Source: Acidimicrobiia bacterium (GTDB taxonomy: Bacteria > Actinomycetota > Acidimicrobiia > IMCC26256 > JBMOIW01). From it: DNA of 59,503 nucleotides. This document shows positions 55,067 through 59,503 of the stretch, piece after piece (positions within the stretch are counted from its first letter, which is position 1; every line of letters starts with the position of its first letter). The stretch lies in contig JBMOIW010000003.1 in NCBI GenBank assembly GCA_049317145.1, positions 1 to 59,503 on the forward strand. Reading direction: 5' to 3'. Both the position numbers and the translations under genes were made by a program. The notes below the pieces were generated by a model. It worked only from the letters and a program-made list of their open reading frames with translations, was not told the DNA's origin and did no database searches.

Positions 55067-56367
55067 CGACTACGGCTTACGAATTGCTGCGTCGCCGCAC
55101 GCTCGAACGTCTGGCGGAAACAAAATTGGATCCCGGGCAAGCTCCGGATCGAGTCCAAGAACTCATTCGCACAGAAATTGACCGGTATCAAAAAGAATCG
55201 CACGCTGGTACCGGAACACGCGCCTTGGCGGACCCCACCGACATGCAGCGTCGATTGTCCCGCTCGATTTTGAGTTTTGGTGTGCTCGCGCCCCTCCTCG
55301 ACGCCGATGATGTGGAAGAGATCTTCATCAGTGGAGGCGATGTCAGTTACGTCGACGCGAACGGTCGGCTGGCCAATATTGAAGAGCCCACGAGCGAAGA
55401 AGAGCTGTTGCATATCGTGAATCGACTGCTCCAAACCTCAGGGCGCGAAGTCAACCAGCGCAGTCCCATTGTGCAGGCGCGCGTGTTGGATGGTGCAGTG
55501 CGCCTTGGTGTCGTCATTCCGCCGGTTGCCGATCGACTGTCGTGCACGCTGCGCAAGTACACCATGCACCACGAAGATCTGCGTGATCTCGTACGCTTCG
55601 ACTCGTTGTCCAACAATGCGGCGGCACTCTTGTCGGCCGCAATGATGACCCGTACCGGGATCGTGGTGAGCGGTATCCCGGCGGCCGGAAAAACCACCTT
55701 GGTAAACGCACTTATTCGTGCGGTGCCGCCGTCCCATCGGGTGCTGGGCTGTGAAGAAACGCGTGAGCTGTCGGCGCCGCTCATGCATGGCGAGTACTAC
55801 CAAACCCGTACGTCAACGATTGACGCGAATGGCGATAGCGAAATTGCGTTGCGTGATCTCGTCAAGATTTGTCTTGGGATGCGCCCGGACCTCTTGGTCG
55901 TTGGTGAGGTGCGTGGTGAAGAGGCGTTTGAACTCACGCGGGCGGGGAATGCCGGGTGTGGCGTGTTATGCACGGTGCACTCCAACAGCGCCAAAGATGC
56001 GCTCCAAGCACTGACGGCCACTGCGATCATGGCCGGGCAAAACGTGCCGGAACGCCAAGTGCGTTCCATCTTTTCCTCCGTGTTCGACTTTGTCGTGCAC
56101 TGCGACCGAGAAGATGTGCAGTTCAAAGACGAAGGCAGCGGTCGTATTAAGCGTCAGGTGATGGAAATCGCCGCGGTGCCGGCATTGCAAGGCAGCGAGG
56201 CTGAGTTCACGGTAGAACCGATCTTTGTACGAGAGCGCTTCGGTGCACCGCTGCGCTGGACGGGAGCGCCGTTGCCCGAGGCACTGCAACACCGTCTTGA
56301 CGTCGTGCTCGAACGTCACGGCACGTCCGTCCAACGGATCCTCGAAGGCATCGAGGCGGTGGCGTAA
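55063..56367 (+). CDS. tadA: Tad/type IV secretion ATPase CpaF/TadA
   Basis: ATG 55063 (ATGA overlap, GGAGGAG upstream). Walker A SGIPAAGKTTLVNAL, Asp box, Walker B LLVVGEVRGEEA, His box TVHSNSA. Confidence 0.9.
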   Translation: MTTTAYELLRRRTLERLAETKLDPGQAPDRVQELIRTEIDRYQKESHAGTGTRALADPTDMQRRLSRSILSFGVLAPLLDADDVEEIFISGGDVSYVDANGRLANIEEPTSEEELLHIVNRLLQTSGREVNQRSPIVQARVLDGAVRLGVVIPPVADRLSCTLRKYTMHHEDLRDLVRFDSLSNNAAALLSAAMMTRTGIVVSGIPAAGKTTLVNALIRAVPPSHRVLGCEETRELSAPLMHGEYYQTRTSTIDANGDSEIALRDLVKICLGMRPDLLVVGEVRGEEAFELTRAGNAGCGVLCTVHSNSAKDALQALTATAIMAGQNVPERQVRSIFSSVFDFVVHCDREDVQFKDEGSGRIKRQVMEIAAVPALQGSEAEFTVEPIFVRERFGAPLRWTGAPLPEALQHRLDVVLERHGTSVQRILEGIEAVA

Positions 56368-57266
56368 TGGTGTTATTGGCGGGGCTTTGTGCCGCACTGT
56401 TTGTGTACTTCGTGATCGGTTTCGCCACCGGTTGGATTCCAGAGCAAATGCGCTTTGCCAACAGTCGAGGCCGCACCCGCGCCCAGAAGGTGAGCCGGCA
56501 AGCATGGCTCACCCAAGCAGGCGCGAGCGCGACACCCACCCAGTTTTGGCTCACGTCCGCCGGTTTGGGAGTGGTGACGTTCGTACTGCTGTTCGCCGTG
56601 ACGGGTGTTGCCACGTTTGCGGTCGTCCCGGCGTTCGGCGCAGGCGCGTTGCCGCGTATGTATTACGCGCGTCGTCGGCGTACCACTGCCGAGGCGCGCG
56701 TGCGCGCCTGGCCAGACGCGCTGCGCACGTTAACGGCCAACATTGCCGCGTCACAGTCATTGCACCAGGCGTTGAAAGGCTTGGCCACAACCGGTCCGGT
56801 TCCCTTGCGCCCGACATTTACTCGTTATAACCAACTGTGCGTGGCGCTCGATCAAAAGAGTGCGCTCGAACTCATCAAAGAAGAGCTTTCCGATCCGGTG
56901 TCCGATCGGGTAATCGAGGTGCTCATTGTTGCCACCGATGCCGGCCCTGCCATCGTGCTCGATGTGTTGCGCGAATTGGCTACGGCAACGACCAAAGATC
57001 TGCAACTCAATGACCATATTGAGACCGCGCAAACGGAGCAGAAACTCAATGCGGGTGCAGTGTTTGTGCTGCCGTTCTTGCTCCTCGGAATGATGATTGC
57101 GCAAGGCGGTGCGGCCCGCGAGTTTTATCTTTCGTCGACCGGGTTTATCGTCATTGCGATCGGCAGTCTGATGCTCGTCGGTGGAATGTTCATTGTGCGC
57201 AAGCTCGGCAAGCTGCCTGGTGAACGGCGCGTGTTTGGACGAAACCTCGAGGAGGTGCCCGCATGA
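56367..57266 (+). CDS. tadB: TadB-like type II secretion system F-family membrane protein
   Basis: 299 aa. N-terminal TM segment, cytoplasmic T2SSF-like helical domain, C-terminal TM pair. TAATG coupling to tadA. Confidence 0.8.
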   Translation: MVLLAGLCAALFVYFVIGFATGWIPEQMRFANSRGRTRAQKVSRQAWLTQAGASATPTQFWLTSAGLGVVTFVLLFAVTGVATFAVVPAFGAGALPRMYYARRRRTTAEARVRAWPDALRTLTANIAASQSLHQALKGLATTGPVPLRPTFTRYNQLCVALDQKSALELIKEELSDPVSDRVIEVLIVATDAGPAIVLDVLRELATATTKDLQLNDHIETAQTEQKLNAGAVFVLPFLLLGMMIAQGGAAREFYLSSTGFIVIAIGSLMLVGGMFIVRKLGKLPGERRVFGRNLEEVPA

Positions 57267-58204
57267 GCGTTGACCCGGTTGTCTCCATGCTGGCGTTGTG
57301 TGTTGCAACGTTTGTGGCGCTGGCGGTGGCAATGGTGGTTCGTCCCACTCGCATGATTGGCTGGCGCGTGCGTCCGTACGCGCAACTGAGTCGCTCGCGC
57401 TTGGGTCGCGGTGCCGATGCCTCGGCGGTCATTGCGCTCGACGGCTCACTCCCCGACGGCGTGCTGGCGCGCATTCTTGGCCCGATTGGCGCGAGCCTGG
57501 CGCGCACGCTCTCGGGAATGATTGATGCGGGGGATGACGATGCACTGCGCTTGCGGTTGCGCCAAGCCGGTTTCCTCGACACCTCACCGGAGCAGTACCG
57601 CATGCGTCAGTTGGCGTGGACGGTCGGTGGGCTCGCCGGTGGGGTAGCGCTCGGCCTTGTGGCGGCCTCCGCACTCGTTGCGTTGGTCGGCGGGGCACTC
57701 GGTGCGCTGATGGGCGCGATGGTGTGGCGGGGCCGGGTCAAAAAGGCGATCCGGGTGCGCGTGGAGGCCATGCGCATCGAGATATATACCGTCGCGCAAC
57801 TGCTGGCGATGTTGATGCGTACGGGAAGCGGGTTAACCCAAGCCGTGCAATTCGTGGTGCGTCGCGGGAACGGCCCGGTGGTCGGCGAACTTGGTGAGGC
57901 GCTGAATTGGATCAACGGGGGAATGTCGACGAGTGACGCCTACGAACTGTTGGCCAACACCACCCCCGAACCGGCTGCCGCGCGCTTGTATCGAGCGTTG
58001 GCGGAAAGTGGCCGTTCTGGGGGCGACTTGGCGAGTTCGTTGCTGTCCATCAGTGAAGATTTGCGTTCCGAGCGGCGAGAGCAGTTCGAGCGAGATGCAA
58101 CCAAGCGACGGGGTGCGATGTTGATCCCGGTCATCTTGGTGATGGCCCCGGTCGTCCTGCTGTTCTTGTTGGCACCGGTGCCCAAGATGCTGTTCGGGAA
58201 CTGA
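57263..58204 (+). CDS. tadC: TadC-like type II secretion system F-family membrane protein
   Basis: 313 aa with the same architecture as tadB. ATGA overlap with tadB. Confidence 0.8.
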   Translation: MSVDPVVSMLALCVATFVALAVAMVVRPTRMIGWRVRPYAQLSRSRLGRGADASAVIALDGSLPDGVLARILGPIGASLARTLSGMIDAGDDDALRLRLRQAGFLDTSPEQYRMRQLAWTVGGLAGGVALGLVAASALVALVGGALGALMGAMVWRGRVKKAIRVRVEAMRIEIYTVAQLLAMLMRTGSGLTQAVQFVVRRGNGPVVGELGEALNWINGGMSTSDAYELLANTTPEPAAARLYRALAESGRSGGDLASSLLSISEDLRSERREQFERDATKRRGAMLIPVILVMAPVVLLFLLAPVPKMLFGN

Positions 58205-58306
58205 CTTTCCCTACCAAGCCGACGGCGATTTCGGCACCAGCGAATGAGGCGGCCGACATATAGGCGTGATGGCCTACAAGCGGGCCGCTGATCGAGGAGT
58301 ATCCGA

Positions 58307-58510
58307 ATGCACAATTTGTTTCTTCGCCTCTACGTTGCGAGCAAAGTTCGTATGACGGACCGTCCGGAATCGGGCTTTGTCACTGCCGAACACCTCGCCA
58401 TCGCAGTAGCCGGTGTCGTGATCGTTGGTGCGGTCGCCGTTTTGTTCAAGAGCCAACTCTCGAGCGTCATTCTCGGCCTTATTACCGATATCTCCAACTC
58501 CGGCAAGTAA
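58307..58510 (+). CDS. flp: Flp-type prepilin (DUF4244-like)
   Basis: GAGGAG 8 nt upstream of ATG 58307. Leader ends ...DRPESG, followed by FVTAEHLAIAVAGVVIVGAVAVLF (compare the Flp G/XXXXEY motif plus a hydrophobic helix). Confidence 0.6.
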   Translation: MHNLFLRLYVASKVRMTDRPESGFVTAEHLAIAVAGVVIVGAVAVLFKSQLSSVILGLITDISNSGK

Positions 58511-58526
58511 CGCGGCGTACGCGATC

Positions 58527-58937
58527 ATGATGCGCTCCCGCGATGACTCCGGGTTCGCCAGCGCACAGTTTGTCGTGTTGCTTACCGTCAGCTTCATGTT
58601 CCTTGCGTGGTTTGCGAACGTGTTGTTTATTCAGTACGAACGCGCGGCCGTACGCTCGGCCCTAGCGGACGCAGCCCGTCAAGCAACCCGCACGGCCTCC
58701 ACTGACGTCGCATGTGCGCAGGCGGTAACGGATGCAATGAATCGTATGGCGAAGGGCCCAACGGAACGGGGCGAGATCTCTGGCGCACGGTGCTCGGGGG
58801 CCGGCGATGGGAACGCACCTTCTGTTACGGCGACCCTGGACTTCAACTTTGATCCGTGGTTCCCAGGCGTACCAAATGCGACGGGCACGATGAGCTACAC
58901 CGCCCAGAAGCGCATCGTCGCGAGAGCGGCCCCGTGA
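58527..58937 (+). CDS. TadE-like pseudopilin/pilus assembly protein
   Basis: N-terminus MMRSRDDSGFASAQFVVLLTVSFMFLAWFANVLF fits the TadE N-terminal pattern (G..., then a hydrophobic helix). Confidence 0.6.
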   Translation: MMRSRDDSGFASAQFVVLLTVSFMFLAWFANVLFIQYERAAVRSALADAARQATRTASTDVACAQAVTDAMNRMAKGPTERGEISGARCSGAGDGNAPSVTATLDFNFDPWFPGVPNATGTMSYTAQKRIVARAAP

Positions 58938-59368
58938 CGCGCCGTCGTGATCAGCGTGGGTTTATGGCCGCAGAGTGGGTTGCGGCAGTAGGTGTTTTAC
59001 TGATTCCCGCCTTTGTCATTGTCGCAAGCGCAACGCGTGTTCCCGAAATGCAGGCGGCCGCGCAGACGATTGCGACCGAAGCTGCGCGCGCGGGAGTTCG
59101 CGCGTCGAACTGTGCGGGGGCACAAGCTGCGGCGCAACAAGCGGCAGAAAGCTCGGCAACGGCGCTCGGCATCGACCAGCAGAACGTAACACTCGACTAC
59201 GCAGGAACCGACTGGGGGGCTGGTGGCACGCTGCGCGTCACTGCGAAGGTCCCCATGCCCGTTGTGCTCATTCCTGGCGGCTTTGAGGTCAACCTTCCGG
59301 AGGTGCTTTCGGCTTCGCACACCGAACCGATTGACCAATACCGCTTCATCGACGCAGGATGCCCGTGA
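58934..59368 (+). CDS. TadE-like pseudopilin/pilus assembly protein
   Basis: GTGA overlap with the preceding gene. RRRDQRGFMAAEWVAAVGVLLIPAFVIVAS N-terminus. Confidence 0.6.
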   Translation: MTRRRDQRGFMAAEWVAAVGVLLIPAFVIVASATRVPEMQAAAQTIATEAARAGVRASNCAGAQAAAQQAAESSATALGIDQQNVTLDYAGTDWGAGGTLRVTAKVPMPVVLIPGGFEVNLPEVLSASHTEPIDQYRFIDAGCP

Positions 59369-59503
59369 TGCGTACCTACGTGCGTCGACATGATCGCCAA
59401 CGTCGAGACGATGGTTTTACGACCGCATGGGTGCTCGGTCTCTCGGTCATCGTCTTGACGCTGGGACTTGCCGTATTCGAGGTCTGGCACGTCTACGTCG
59501 AGC
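59365..59503 (+). CDS. TadG-like (Tad N-terminal helix) protein, 5' part only
   Basis: GTGATG overlap with the preceding stop. RDDGFTTAWVLGLSVIVLTLGLAVFEVW. Runs off the right edge. Confidence 0.45.
   Translation, partial: MMRTYVRRHDRQRRDDGFTTAWVLGLSVIVLTLGLAVFEVWHVYVE

Overview
GC-rich, actinobacterial-type chromosomal replication-origin region. All family calls come from motif recognition by eye; no searches were run. Core synteny, left to right: EamA transporter, dnaB, rplI-rpsR-ssb-rpsF (minus); a small TA-like pair; APH-like kinase, DUF192, panB; DUF5318 / PadR-ino1; two pentapeptide-repeat genes; three methyltransferase-like genes; cca; GNAT, DUF6049-like gene, murJ, degV, a stand-alone MviN-type pseudokinase, ECF sigma/anti-sigma, trxB-trxA, cwlM-like gene (plus). 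Next comes parB-parA with two parS sites, then rsmG-jag-yidC-yidD-rnpA-rpmH (minus). DnaA-box clusters lie on both sides of dnaA, with a DnaA-trio-like array just before dnaN, followed by recF, DUF721/DciA, gyrB, gyrA, DUF3566 and tRNA-Ile(GAT). Downstream of the tRNA the content turns accessory. A co-directional block at about 43.5-52.3 kb holds two LRV/HEAT-repeat proteins (one with a PcfJ-like C-terminus), a DUF1800/DUF1501 pair, a secreted animal-haem-peroxidase-family protein, a saccharopine-dehydrogenase-like protein and unknowns. It is followed by an HTH gene divergent from a Tad/Flp-type pilus locus (cpaB, tadZ-like, tadA, tadB, tadC, DUF4244-type flp, two tadE-like genes, tadG-like) that runs off the right edge. 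No rRNA, CRISPR, transposase or integrase was seen. The best candidates for something undescribed are the 43.5-52.3 kb block of unknowns and the actinobacterial Tad-like locus. Smaller oddities: rnpA has no canonical start outside rpmH, MurJ and its pseudokinase are split with degV between them, one methyltransferase paralogue is degenerate, the EamA transporter has a His-rich tail, and S18 has a long C-terminal extension.
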